Assembly (NCBI GenBank): GCA_963724765.1
Contig: CAVRVY010000002.1
Span: 256,001 to 320,000 of the forward strand
Reading direction: 5' to 3'
DNA from: an uncultured delta proteobacterium
Lineage (GTDB): Bacteria; Desulfobacterota; Binatia; Binatales; Binataceae
DNA: 64,000 nt
Below are positions 19,139 to 28,133 of the stretch, piece after piece. Under the pieces are notes generated by a model. That model ran no database searches. It worked only from the letters and a program-made list of their open reading frames with translations, and was not told the origin of the DNA. Numbering within the stretch: the first letter of the stretch is position 1; each line of letters opens with the position of its first letter. Position numbers and translations under genes: made by a program.

Positions 19139-19837
19139 TCATCCCTCACTCCGCGTCAGCTCATCGCTCGGCGCTGGGGCCGCCTCGATCGCTTCGCCCG
19201 CAGGCGGCGCCATCTCCGCGCGCCCCGGCGCACCGGCGCCGGCCGCCAGGCGATGCGCCGCCGCGGACGCCTGATCGTTGCTCGCCATCGGCATCTCGAC
19301 GATTTCGAGCAGCGCGGCGCGGATCCGCTTCTCGGCCGTGGCCGACAGTCCCCCCTGCGCCCCGCGGCGCGCCGCCGCGACCACTTTGCGCTCGGCCGTC
19401 ATCACCCGCCGACCGATCCCGCTGCGCATTTCCTCGGCCGCCCGCCGCATATGCACCGCGGAGCGGCAGATCGAAGCGACGTTGCGCGCGAGCGCATTGA
19501 TGTCGATCTTTTTGGGATCGACCTCCTTGAGTTCGACCAGCACGCGGAAGAGATCGCCCTGCACCAGGCGCATCAGGCCCTCGTTGACCGTGTCGTCGGC
19601 GCCGCCCGAGGCGTCGACCACGGCGCGCGCCTGCTCGGTTGCGAGCTTGAGCGCGTTCAGCTTGCGCTCCAGCGCATTGCCGTAACGCTGGAGCGCCGAA
19701 TGCGTGATCTCGCATCCATGCTCGCCGAGCCATCGCGCCAGCCCGCGATAGTCAGAGAAGGAGCCCGCGACCAGACGGCGGTCAAACTCGGCCCGCAGCT
19801 CAGGCGCCAGGCTCTTGATCTTTCCATTGCGCGGCAT
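19139..19837 (-). CDS. Mu gp27-like protein (DUF3486), probable small terminase
   Basis: MPR..KI..L..ELR..FDRRL....FSDY..LA.WL...G.EIT.SAL.RYG; position before terL. Confidence 0.85.
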   Translation of the reverse strand: MPRNGKIKSLAPELRAEFDRRLVAGSFSDYRGLARWLGEHGCEITHSALQRYGNALERKLNALKLATEQARAVVDASGGADDTVNEGLMRLVQGDLFRVLVELKEVDPKKIDINALARNVASICRSAVHMRRAAEEMRSGIGRRVMTAERKVVAAARRGAQGGLSATAEKRIRAALLEIVEMPMASNDQASAAAHRLAAGAGAPGRAEMAPPAGEAIEAAPAPSDELTRSEG

Positions 19838-20086
19838 GCTTTACCGATCCTCGCGGCGCCGCTCCGAGGTCGCGGCTGTTCGCATTGAGCAACGATGATT
19901 TCCGTGGCCTCGCATTCTCATTCCCGCGCATCGCGCTTTTTTCACCATCACTCGCACTGCCGCGTTTTTTCCTCTCCCGCTTTTTTTCAATGCCCTCGCC
20001 CGCAAAACGATGCGGGCGAGGGCTCAGAAAAGATGCCGCGAATTCCTCCCTTGGCCGTTCTCCTCAACCCGGCCCATCGCCCGTCC

Positions 20087-20407
20087 TCACCAATACTTGC
20101 GCGGGCGCGCGATCCCGGCGGGCGCCGGCGCGGTGTACTCGACCACGTCGACGCCGCTCGCGGTCATCCGCGCATACCAGGTCTCGTTGTCCTCGCCCTC
20201 GATTTCGAGCAGGCCGCGGTCGCGCAGGTAGGTCAGCTCGCGGCGCAGCGCATTGAGCGTGATCGCGAGCTTGATATCGGCCAGCACGCGCCACACGATA
20301 GTTTCCGAAACCGCGATCGGGCGGCCGGCGTCGAGCACGCGCAGGATCCGCCAACGGGCCTCCTCGCGTTGCTTCTGCTCCAGGTTCATCACATCCATCT
20401 GCTTCAC
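20087..20407 (-). CDS. Mu gp26-like winged-helix protein
   Basis: RWRILRVL...LRRELTYL.DRGL...A.MTA.GVDVVE.....PAGIARP. Confidence 0.8.
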   Translation of the reverse strand: MKQMDVMNLEQKQREEARWRILRVLDAGRPIAVSETIVWRVLADIKLAITLNALRRELTYLRDRGLLEIEGEDNETWYARMTASGVDVVEYTAPAPAGIARPRKYW

Positions 20408-20475
20408 TCTTTCACCGTTTCGCTTTGACGCGAGCTGCGCTCGCTGCCGTCCGCCGCGCGGCGGCCTGCGCGCCG

Positions 20476-20811
20476 CTAGAGCGCGTCGATACGTTCGCCG
20501 ATACGCTCTTTGAGTTCGGTGATTTCGGCCCGCAACTCGGCCCGCATCGCGTCCAGCTTGGCGTCCAGCGTGCTCGAGAAACGAATCCAGTCCTCGCGCC
20601 GCACGTACTCCAGCGGCAATTGCGCCTTGAGCTTCATCACCTGGCGCTCGACCTCGTGCGAGAAGTCGCTGCCCTCGCGCTTGAGCGAGGCCATCTGTTC
20701 CGCGGTCGCGCCTTCATGCCGCTCGAACAGCCATCGCAGCGTCCCCGCGTTGAGCGCGATGAAAGCCATCAGCGCCGCCGCCATCGTCCCCAGCGCGTTC
20801 CAGCCCATCAT
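20476..20811 (-). CDS. Mu gp25-like membrane-anchored coiled-coil protein
   Basis: N-terminal TM; LPLEYVRREDW motif; position in the gene order. Confidence 0.75.
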   Translation of the reverse strand: MMGWNALGTMAAALMAFIALNAGTLRWLFERHEGATAEQMASLKREGSDFSHEVERQVMKLKAQLPLEYVRREDWIRFSSTLDAKLDAMRAELRAEITELKERIGERIDAL

Positions 20812-21044
20812 TTGCGTTCGGGCTCCGTACGCGACTTGATTGCCAGCGCCCCCGCCATCGCCAGCAGCACCATTCCGAGCCCACGCCCGTACGCGTCCGC
20901 GTCGCCCGGCGTGAAGCGCCAGGTCGCCAGCACCTGCACCACCCAGAACACCACGTACATCAATGCGCCCAGCACACCGATCACCCGGCCGGCGTCGTAG
21001 GTCAGGTTGTCCTTGCCGGTCAGGCAGTCACTCACGAACTTCAT
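20808..21044 (-). CDS. Small two-TM protein, putative holin
   Basis: MKFVSDCLTGKDNLTYDAGRVIG; two hydrophobic segments; basic tail; in the lysis cassette. Confidence 0.6.
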   Translation of the reverse strand: MKFVSDCLTGKDNLTYDAGRVIGVLGALMYVVFWVVQVLATWRFTPGDADAYGRGLGMVLLAMAGALAIKSRTEPERK

Positions 21045-21418
21045 TGCGTATTCTCCGCCTGCGGCTGTGCCGCCGGATGGCCGGCGTGCGTGCATCCCGC
21101 AAGCACCGCATCGCGCTCGCGTACCGCACCCTTCAAAATCGCCACCGCGGCCGCGTACGCGCGCATCGTGTCGGCGGGCGGTGAGTCGGGCTTGAGCGAG
21201 GCCAGCGGCAGCGCCGGATCAGTGAGCGTTGGCGCCGGACAGGCGGTCTCGTGCAGCACCGGCACCTGCACCATCAGCGGACGTACCGCGGGCGCGGAGC
21301 CCGCGCCGGCGGCGCATCCGGCGATCGTTACGGCGGCGCTCGCAGCGATCGCAGCGAGCATCGCAAGCGCGCCGAAAGATCCCGCGCGGCGCGAGGTCTC
21401 GCTGGCAACGGCCAGCAC
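21041..21418 (-). CDS. Rz1-like o-spanin lipoprotein (start uncertain)
   Basis: Lipobox TIAG-C followed by Pro-rich VQVPV...CPAP...P.LP and a C-terminal helix ending LAGC. Confidence 0.65.
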   Translation of the reverse strand: MLAVASETSRRAGSFGALAMLAAIAASAAVTIAGCAAGAGSAPAVRPLMVQVPVLHETACPAPTLTDPALPLASLKPDSPPADTMRAYAAAVAILKGAVRERDAVLAGCTHAGHPAAQPQAENTQ

Positions 21419-21708
21419 ATTCGCGCCCTGTTCTTTTTCCTGCTCTCGCCCGCGCGACTTCTTATGTCTGTGCGCGGGAGCGGGCAGGGTGAGGTCCCCC
21501 CCTTCGTGGCGCAATCGCACGCTCCAAAGTCGAGCGCGTTGAAACGATGGACTCTCACCCGCACCCGCTCCCGCAAATAAGGCGGGCGAGCGCTCAGACC
21601 GCAACGCCGCGTGCGAGAGATCGCGCGCGCCTGGAGTGTCGAGGGCGCTCTCCGGCTCCCACTCCTTGTCCAAGGAGAGGATTGGAGAGAGGTTCATTGC
21701 CTCGCGTA

Positions 21709-22110
21709 TCACCATCGGCCGAGCTCCGCCGCTTGCGCGTTGCCCCAGCGGACCGCCGCCGCGCAGCCGGCGTCGATCCGCGCGCCCTCCAGCGTTTGCG
21801 CGCCGCTCGTCGCCGTGCGCATCGCCGCCGTTGCTTTCTCCGTCGCCGCGCGCTCGCGCGCCGCCGCCTCTTGCACGCCTTGCTCGAGCTGCGCGCGCAG
21901 TTGCGTCACCGCCGAGTTCTGGGTCGCGATCGCGCCCTGCAGTGCCGTGTTGCTCGCCTCGGCGTCGGCCAGCGAGGCGCTCAGATGCGTGGCTTCGGCG
22001 CGCGCGGCGTCGCGCTGATGAAGCAGCAGCGCGCGGTAACCCAGCGCCGCCGCGATCACCAGCGCGATCGCCGCCGGCCGCCAGAGCTTCGCCGCCAATA
22101 GAGGAAACAT
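21709..22110 (-). CDS. Rz-like i-spanin
   Basis: N-terminal TM + Ala-rich coiled coil + C-terminal Cys; lies downstream of the endolysin. Confidence 0.7.
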   Translation of the reverse strand: MFPLLAAKLWRPAAIALVIAAALGYRALLLHQRDAARAEATHLSASLADAEASNTALQGAIATQNSAVTQLRAQLEQGVQEAAARERAATEKATAAMRTATSGAQTLEGARIDAGCAAAVRWGNAQAAELGRW

Positions 22111-22133
22111 CGCCTTGCCGTGCGCCTGCCGGC

Positions 22134-22721
22134 TCAGCTCTGCGGCGCGGCCGCGACCGCTGCGGCCGCCACCGGCGTCACGCTCGCGCCCATCGCCGCA
22201 CCAGCCGCGTGCAGCGGCGTGGCAAACGTCGCCGCGGACATCGTGGCAGGCGCCGGATGCGATCCCATCTCGACCGCCGCGGCCACTGTCGCCGCGCCGT
22301 GATCGTCGACCGCCTGCGCATGCTTATCGACCGCCGCCGCCAGCTTCTCGACCGCGCTGGCATGATGCTCGAGCGCGACGGCCTGCGCCGCCGCTGCGCT
22401 TGCGGCCGTGGGTGCGGTTGATGCCGCCGGCGCGGGCTGAAGTGCGGCAGCCGGTTGCATCGCCGCCGCCGTCGACACCGCCGACACCGTCGACACCGTC
22501 GATCGGACCGGTGCGGCCGAGTTGCCGTTGGCCGCGGTCGTCGAGCCAGCCGTGGTGCTGTGGCCGAGTACCAGTTGTTCGAGCGAAGACAGACGCGTCT
22601 GCACGGTGCTCAGCGCGGTGCCCACCTCCGTCATCATCCAGCGCCCGACAAGCGCGCCGATCGCAAAGCCGCCCACCGCGACCATCATGTAGCCTGCTGC
22701 CATTCCTGGATCGATATTCAT
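22134..22721 (-). CDS. Ala/Thr-rich membrane-anchored hypothetical protein
   Basis: ATG 22721 after AAAGGTGA; TM YMMVAVGGFAIGALVG; repeated H(A)..AV heptads. Confidence 0.6.
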   Translation of the reverse strand: MNIDPGMAAGYMMVAVGGFAIGALVGRWMMTEVGTALSTVQTRLSSLEQLVLGHSTTAGSTTAANGNSAAPVRSTVSTVSAVSTAAAMQPAAALQPAPAASTAPTAASAAAAQAVALEHHASAVEKLAAAVDKHAQAVDDHGAATVAAAVEMGSHPAPATMSAATFATPLHAAGAAMGASVTPVAAAAVAAAPQS

Positions 22722-22745
22722 CTTTTCACCTTTTTTTTCACCGAG

Positions 22746-22813
22746 ACTCGCGACGCCCCTCCAATGTCGGCGCTTGTTCCGCCGCCGGACGTTCCGTTTG
22801 CTGACTCGCGCAA
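22746..22813 (-). repeat. ~68-bp conserved leader element (copy 2), 25 nt upstream of ATG 22721
   Basis: Aligns with 19013-19079. Confidence 0.8.
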
Positions 22814-22872
22814 CTTTTTTCACCAACGAAAAGCCGCCGCCGCTGCCGCTGCTTCTGTGATGCGGCCGCGCA

Positions 22873-23406
22873 CTACTCATACGCTCGATTCAACCATCCA
22901 CTGAGGAAGTCTCGATCGCCGTCGACGCGCCGCCCGCGCTCGAGCGCCGCCAGCGCGCGGTAGTATCCGGCTGCCTCGGAGCGCAACGCCGCGAGCAGCG
23001 CGAGTTGGTTGGCAGCGGCCGCCGCCGTAATCGTCGCGCGGCCCAACGCTCCGTCCTCCGTGACCCGGCGACCGCACGCGCGCAGCGCGCGCTGGACGCA
23101 TCGGACCGCATGATCGGGACCGATATTCACCGCCAGGTCGAAAACCTTCGCCGCGATCGGCCCCGGCAATTCGCTGTAGCGGTAGCGCTGCCACCAGTCG
23201 CGGAAGTAAATCGCGATTGCTGCGGTCCGCGTCAGCGCCGCGATATCGAGGTTGGGATACTCGCGCTTGGTGATGCCGAACTTGGTTTCGCCGCCGGGGT
23301 CGGCCGGATTATCGACGTAGCCGCCCTCGTCGCCGAGCAGCCGGGCGATCGCGCGCTCGAAGGCCGGCGGATAGTTTTGTGTTTGCGTGCTGTCTTGCGG
23401 GTCCAT
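22873..23406 (-). CDS. GH108 endolysin with C-terminal peptidoglycan-binding domain
   Basis: EGGYVDNPADPGGETKFGIT, FDLAVN.G, DG.LG..T, FL.GWLNR. Confidence 0.92.
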   Translation of the reverse strand: MDPQDSTQTQNYPPAFERAIARLLGDEGGYVDNPADPGGETKFGITKREYPNLDIAALTRTAAIAIYFRDWWQRYRYSELPGPIAAKVFDLAVNIGPDHAVRCVQRALRACGRRVTEDGALGRATITAAAAANQLALLAALRSEAAGYYRALAALERGRRVDGDRDFLSGWLNRAYE

Positions 23407-23474
23407 CGCAGGTGGGATTCTCGCAGCCCCGCCGGCTTCGCATAAGGGTGAAATATTTGGCGAGTATGCTGGAC

Positions 23475-23503
23475 TTGACTCCAACCCCGCCGTGCGCTAA
23501 GTT
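23475..23503 (+). promoter_or_regulatory. Sigma70-like promoter starting in the left TIR (transposase, probably near-leaderless)
   Basis: TTGACT-17bp-TAAGTT, ATG 7 nt downstream. Confidence 0.55.
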
Positions 23504-23510
23504 AATTTTC

Positions 23511-24416
23511 ATGAGCAACACCCCCGAACCGAAAATCACGCGTCAGATGACGCTTGCGGAGTTTGACCGGCTGTTCCCGAACGAGGACGCCTGCAAGACC
23601 TACCTGGTCGCCAGCAGGTGGCCGAAGGCTGTCAGTTGCCCGCGCTGCGGCAACGAAAAGGTCTGGGCGCTCAAAACCCGCCCGTTCAATTGGGTCTGCA
23701 AGAAATGCGGCGATACGCCCTATCGGTTCTCCGTGCTGGTCGGAACCATCTTTGAAAACACGAATTACAAACTGCTCGTGTGGTTCAAGGTTCTGTACCT
23801 GATGCTCACCAGCAAGAAGGGCATCAGCGCGCTTCAGATTCACCGCATGATCGGATCTGGCTCGTACCGCACGGCATGGTTTATGTGCCATCGGTTGCGC
23901 GCCGGTCTGGCCGATCCTGATTTCCGCAAGCTGATGGGAATCGTCGAAGTAGACGAAACCTACATCGGTGGTTTGAACCGCAATCGCCACTGGAATAAGA
24001 AACAGCCGGGGCGCGGCCCGTCCGGTAAGACTACAGTCATCGGCGCGATCTCCCGCAAAGGCAATGTGGTTTGCAAAATCATCGAAGATACTTCGATGGA
24101 GACTATGAGCCGCTTTGTCCGCAGCGCCGTGTCCGACAAGGTTAGCTTGGTCGCAACCGATGAAGGCGCGGGATACCAAAAGCTTCATCAGGCATTCAAG
24201 CACGACACCGTGGATCACAAAGCACACGAATATGTGCGCGGCGAAGTGCATACCAACAATATCGAATCGTTCTGGTCGCTGCTCAAGCGTGGCGTAATCG
24301 GCACCTACCACAACGTCAGTAAGAAGTATCTGCCGCTGTACTTGAATGAGTTTCAGTTCCGCCACAACAATCGCAAGAATCCCGATATCTTCGGGGCGGC
24401 GGTAAGAGGATGCTGA
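23511..24416 (+). CDS. IS1595-family DDE transposase
   Basis: CPRC...CKKC Zn ribbon; VEVDETY, ATDE, HTNNIESFWS, YLNEFQFRHN. Confidence 0.95.
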   Translation: MSNTPEPKITRQMTLAEFDRLFPNEDACKTYLVASRWPKAVSCPRCGNEKVWALKTRPFNWVCKKCGDTPYRFSVLVGTIFENTNYKLLVWFKVLYLMLTSKKGISALQIHRMIGSGSYRTAWFMCHRLRAGLADPDFRKLMGIVEVDETYIGGLNRNRHWNKKQPGRGPSGKTTVIGAISRKGNVVCKIIEDTSMETMSRFVRSAVSDKVSLVATDEGAGYQKLHQAFKHDTVDHKAHEYVRGEVHTNNIESFWSLLKRGVIGTYHNVSKKYLPLYLNEFQFRHNNRKNPDIFGAAVRGC

Positions 24417-24508
24417 AGCGTCCGAACTGGCGGATGCTTCTGCATCACGCGTCCAGTAGGCCGGTTCAATTGAAGTTGAAATTCTAAGAGGCTGCATGAG
24501 ACGATCTA

Positions 24509-24664
24509 ATGCCCAAACAAATCAAACAGACCCCGCCACAACCCGTCCCTGTCAAATCACCACCGCCGCTGACAATTCCGCCGAACAAGACTTCGATACA
24601 CACTCAAGAAAGTCCGCCGCCACTAAGACATCCACCCCACAAAGAAGTGAAGAAAGGCGGTTAG
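24509..24664 (+). CDS. 51-aa Pro-rich basic peptide (below ORF-track cutoff)
   Basis: Manual translation MPKQIKQTPPQPVPVKSPPPLTIPPNKTSIHTQESPPPLRHPPHKEVKKGG; convergent overlap with 24623-25246; positional analog at 27957. Confidence 0.5.
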   Translation: MPKQIKQTPPQPVPVKSPPPLTIPPNKTSIHTQESPPPLRHPPHKEVKKGG

Positions 24665-25246
24665 CTGCGGGCCAGCACCCAAACTCCAAATCTCAACTAA
24701 AGGCGGGATGAGCACGACGACCAACCCCGCCAGCAGAAGATAATGGCTCCAACGAACATACAACGCTTTTCCAAGATTGATCTGGTCTGCCGACTTGACC
24801 GCGCGGTACATGGCAATGAGATAAAATCGCCTCAATTGATCGGGGAAATCCAAGAAATCCTCAGCAAACCAAGTGTCCTTTTCTTGGATGCCCTCAAAGA
24901 TTCGAACGCGGAAGGCGAGAACCGCAAGCCCTGCGGCAACCATCAGCATGATAAGTCCAAGGAATATAAATATTCCGCCTCCAGTAACCTCGGTTATCAA
25001 TCCTTTCCAGTACGAAAAGGTCGAAATTAGAAGAGCGACAATGCCACCCACGAAACTGGCGGACAGTTGGGCTTTCGAATCAAGCACATCCGTTATCTTG
25101 TTTGTCTGTTCGAGCAGCAAAGAACCGAAATCGTACAGGACTGGTGTGCTTTCTTTGTTCGAGTGGCGGGTAAGTCTACAGAGCACCTCTCTCTCTCCTG
25201 GCACCGGCGTTCCGTTTGAATGTTGTTCCGTCAAAAGGCTTTCCAT
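24623..25246 (-). CDS. Multi-TM cargo protein resembling Pycsar-effector-type membrane proteins
   Basis: LDSKA before a TM hairpin; N..KA.....S..LL before the last TM; similar to 28053-28667. Confidence 0.65.
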   Translation of the reverse strand: MESLLTEQHSNGTPVPGEREVLCRLTRHSNKESTPVLYDFGSLLLEQTNKITDVLDSKAQLSASFVGGIVALLISTFSYWKGLITEVTGGGIFIFLGLIMLMVAAGLAVLAFRVRIFEGIQEKDTWFAEDFLDFPDQLRRFYLIAMYRAVKSADQINLGKALYVRWSHYLLLAGLVVVLIPPLVEIWSLGAGPQLTAFLHFFVGWMS

Positions 25247-25362
25247 CGGTTTTATGACCTCACTTCAATCACGACCCGATCTTAATCGACATGCAATATA
25301 AGTTTATCAAACAGGGTAGGCGTGCCTGAAGATGCTTCCTGTCTGCTCTTGTGGAGGCCGTT

Positions 25363-25521
25363 ATGTCTAAGGAAGGCGAGGCCAAAAAGAAGATCATTCA
25401 CTTCTACTGCCACACCTGTAAGGCATACGAACTGAAAACCAGTCCGCACTATCGCGCTCAGAAGGTGCGCTTCGCAAAGCGGCGCAAGGCGGAAAAGGCG
25501 CAAGCAGAAATGCCGAAATGA
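25363..25521 (+). CDS. 52-aa basic peptide with H.YCHTC...H putative Zn site
   Basis: GGAGG RBS; MSKEGEAKKKIIHFYCHTCKAYELKTSPHYRAQKVRFAKRRK...; TGA overlaps the next ATG. Confidence 0.6.
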   Translation: MSKEGEAKKKIIHFYCHTCKAYELKTSPHYRAQKVRFAKRRKAEKAQAEMPK

Positions 25522-26369
25522 AGCATTCATCGATTCTGATTGCAGCAACAGTTCTGCTCCTAGCCGCCGCAAACAGTAGAGTGCCAAGCGGTCCACAACA
25601 AACACCCCAAAGCGAAGCAACAACCAAAGATAGCAACGGCAGCAGCCGTCCAAGGCGAGTTGCCGCTCAGAATGAGCCAACAATAAACAGCGCCGCTCCC
25701 CATAGCGACCACGACACCTATAACTATTACGGCGACCTCAAGTATGTTTCCTATAATTCCGCACTCAAGGGCTTCTGGGCTAAAATTGGGCAAATAGCAG
25801 ACGCAATTTCGGCGGTATTGATAGCCTTTTTTACGGGGGCTCTGCTGTGGCTCACCAGAATGCAGTTTGTTGCCGAACACCGGCCAAGGATGCGGCTCCG
25901 TAGAGTGAAATTGTTGACCGATATCTCTAATCCCGACGATTGGATCGACACGACCCTTGAATTTGAGTTGCTGATTACAAATCAAGGCGGGACTAAGGCA
26001 ATGTTCACTAGCAGCAATATAGCCATCGGCATAGGTCGGAGGACTGAACCAGACCCGACGACATTGTTTACCATTGAGCCCGCAAATATCCTCAAAGGAT
26101 ATAAATTGAATCCAGGGGTCGAGTACACCCACAAATTCACTGCCAATAAATGTCAGTCTTTGTTGGATATCTTGGTCAGAATGAGAGTTCGGAATGATAT
26201 GTTCCTTTATGTTGTAGGAGACTTCTGGTATCGAGATCGCCTGAGACAACGGTATTACAAGACGGCTTTTTGTAGACGCCTGACCGAAGGTGAGAAAGTT
26301 TTGAACATACAAAAGACGCTCCCGCGATTTATTGTCGTGAACAACCCCGAATATGAGTACGCCGACTAA
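25518..26369 (+). CDS. IS cargo: signal/TM hypothetical protein related to 5809-6585
   Basis: TM AVLIAFFTGALLWL, then HRPR...ITNQGGTKA...G...YRD...TAFC. Confidence 0.75.
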   Translation: MKHSSILIAATVLLLAAANSRVPSGPQQTPQSEATTKDSNGSSRPRRVAAQNEPTINSAAPHSDHDTYNYYGDLKYVSYNSALKGFWAKIGQIADAISAVLIAFFTGALLWLTRMQFVAEHRPRMRLRRVKLLTDISNPDDWIDTTLEFELLITNQGGTKAMFTSSNIAIGIGRRTEPDPTTLFTIEPANILKGYKLNPGVEYTHKFTANKCQSLLDILVRMRVRNDMFLYVVGDFWYRDRLRQRYYKTAFCRRLTEGEKVLNIQKTLPRFIVVNNPEYEYAD

Positions 26370-26623
26370 AATCAGGGCCAGCGCCAGCGGCCACGCTACG
26401 TAGCCCGCTTGATGCGGGCATCTTAACGGCGGATCGTCGCCCCCGTCCGACGAACCCCCTGAGTCAGAATCCGGCCTGTCCCTGCCTACGGTAGGCGAAC
26501 CGGACATTGGAGTCAAGTTCAGCATACTCGCCAAATATTTCACCCATAGCCTTGCGCAAGGCGGCGCTTCGCACGCTCTGCATCGTGGCAGCCAAAGCGA
26601 AACAGCTACCCCCGCAAATCCGA

Positions 26624-26739
26624 CCGCCGGGGTCGGCCGGATTATAGACGTAGCCGCCCTCGTCGCTGAGCAGCCGGGCGATCGCGCGCTCGAAGGCCGA
26701 CGGATAGTTTTGTGTTTGCGTGCTGTCTTGCGGGTCCAT
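26624..26739 (-). pseudogene. Duplicated 5' fragment of the endolysin gene
   Basis: MDPQDSTQTQNYPSAFERAIARLLSDEGGYVYNPADPGG, then diverges at the duplication junction. Confidence 0.9.
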
Positions 26740-26850
26740 CGCAGGCGGGATTCTCGCAGTCCCGCCGGCTACGCATAAGGGTAAAATATTTAGGGATGAT
26801 TCACTTGACGAAGGGATATGGGTTTGCTAGTATCCCCTAAATGCAGCGGT

Positions 26851-27009
26851 TCACTTCTTCTTTTTGGCCTCGTCTTCAAGCTCTCTGCGGCGCTTGTCCG
26901 CTTGCTCGGCTAGGGTCTTTCGTATCGAGCGCACAAGGTCTTGCGTTGGCACTTTCTCGATATTGGGCGTGCGCGGTTCGTCTGTCTGTTTACGGCTCGG
27001 CTTTGACAT
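26851..27009 (-). CDS. 52-aa charged peptide divergent from the transposase
   Basis: GGAGCGGGG RBS-like; MSKPSRKQTDEPRTPNIEKVPTQDLVRSIRKTLAEQADKRRRELEDEAKKKK. Confidence 0.45.
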   Translation of the reverse strand: MSKPSRKQTDEPRTPNIEKVPTQDLVRSIRKTLAEQADKRRRELEDEAKKKK

Positions 27010-27031
27010 ATCCCCGCTCCGGAGAATCGTT

Positions 27032-27916
27032 ATGAATCTGTCCGCCATCAACCATCTGTTTTCGACTAAAGAACAGTGTCGCGAACTGCTCAAGCGGCTG
27101 CGTTGGCCCAAAGACGTTAGCTGCCCGCGTTGTAATCACGACGCCGTTTGTTGGCTCAACACTCAGGAAAAATTTGAATGCTCTAAGTGTTCCTATCAGT
27201 TCAGCGTCACTGCTGGGACCATTTTTCACGATTCCCATTTGCCGCTCGAAAAATGGTTCTTCGCTACCTTCCTCATGTGCGAGGCCAAGAAGGGCATCTC
27301 GGCTCGCCAGATGCATCGGATGCTTGGCGTCGGTTCTTACAAAACCGCCTGGTATCTCTGCCATCGCATACGCGCCGCGATGAAAGAGGAATTGCCCGCG
27401 CGGCTCAAGGGCGTTATCGAGGCTGACGAAACCTATGTCGGCGGACGCGCGCGCGGCGCTGGCAAAGGCCACTATCACGATACCAAGGCAATCATTCTTG
27501 GGGCAGTCCAGCGCGGCGGCCCGATCCGTCTCAAGGTCGCGAACGACAATCGCAAAGCAACCTTGCACGAATTCATCCGGAGTAACGTTGATCCAGAAAG
27601 TAAGCTCTACACTGACGAATGGCCCGGCTATAACGATCTTCCTAATCGCGAGACCGTCAATCACCGCGCGAAGGAATACGTGCGCGCCGATGTCCATACC
27701 AACTCGGTTGAGTCTGTATGGAGCTTGTTCAAACGCTCGATTGTCGGTCCGTATCATCATCTGAGCGAGAAACATATGCAGTCGTACTTGGATGAAATCA
27801 GCTTCCGGTTTAACCGTCGCAAGAGCGATGAATTGTTCATCGAGACTTTGCGCGCATTGGTACAAACGCCAGCATTAACGTTTAGCCGTCTGACGCGCGA
27901 GCAGGTGGCTGTTTAA
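27032..27916 (+). CDS. IS1595-family DDE transposase
   Basis: GGAG RBS; CPRC...CSKC; IEADETY, YTDEW, HTNSVESVWS, YLDEISFRFN. Confidence 0.95.
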   Translation: MNLSAINHLFSTKEQCRELLKRLRWPKDVSCPRCNHDAVCWLNTQEKFECSKCSYQFSVTAGTIFHDSHLPLEKWFFATFLMCEAKKGISARQMHRMLGVGSYKTAWYLCHRIRAAMKEELPARLKGVIEADETYVGGRARGAGKGHYHDTKAIILGAVQRGGPIRLKVANDNRKATLHEFIRSNVDPESKLYTDEWPGYNDLPNRETVNHRAKEYVRADVHTNSVESVWSLFKRSIVGPYHHLSEKHMQSYLDEISFRFNRRKSDELFIETLRALVQTPALTFSRLTREQVAV

Positions 27917-27956
27917 GTTATCTGGTGCTGATTTTTCCTTCATAGGGGGATTCTTG

Positions 27957-28133
27957 ATGGCTAATGACGATCAATCAAAATCTACCGGTACCGGTAGCAC
28001 TGGCTCTTCTGGCTCCAACCAAAGTGGTGGTGGCGAATCATCACAAAAACCATCATTGCATCCTTCCCGCGATGCCAAGCCTCGGCCAAACATTGCCATT
28101 AAGAGCAACCAAGGTGGGAACGTGAAAAAATAG
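27957..28133 (+). CDS. 58-aa Ser/Gly-rich peptide (below ORF-track cutoff)
   Basis: AGGGGG RBS; MANDDQSKSTGTGSTGSSGSNQSGGGESSQKPSLHPSRDAKPRPNIAIKSNQGGNVKK; convergent overlap with 28053-28667. Confidence 0.55.
   Translation: MANDDQSKSTGTGSTGSSGSNQSGGGESSQKPSLHPSRDAKPRPNIAIKSNQGGNVKK

Larger units (their letters stand above)
23459..26532 (+). mobile_element. IS1595-family transporter element 1 (3074 bp) with cargo
   Basis: 26-bp TIRs GGCGAGTATGCTG(G/A)ACTTGACTCCAA; perfect 8-bp TSD AAATATTT at 23451-23458 and 26533-26540. Confidence 0.95.

Noticed and set aside
17187-19274. Long antisense or alternative-frame ORFs (e.g. 695 aa here; also 1060-2010, 4600-5802, 16111-17442, 59332-60546)
   Set aside because: Shadow ORFs typical of high-GC DNA, lying over well-supported genes and lacking motifs
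25560-26543. 327-aa minus-strand ORF
   Set aside because: Starts in the TSD/TIR and is antisense to a better-supported cargo gene with a homolog at 5809
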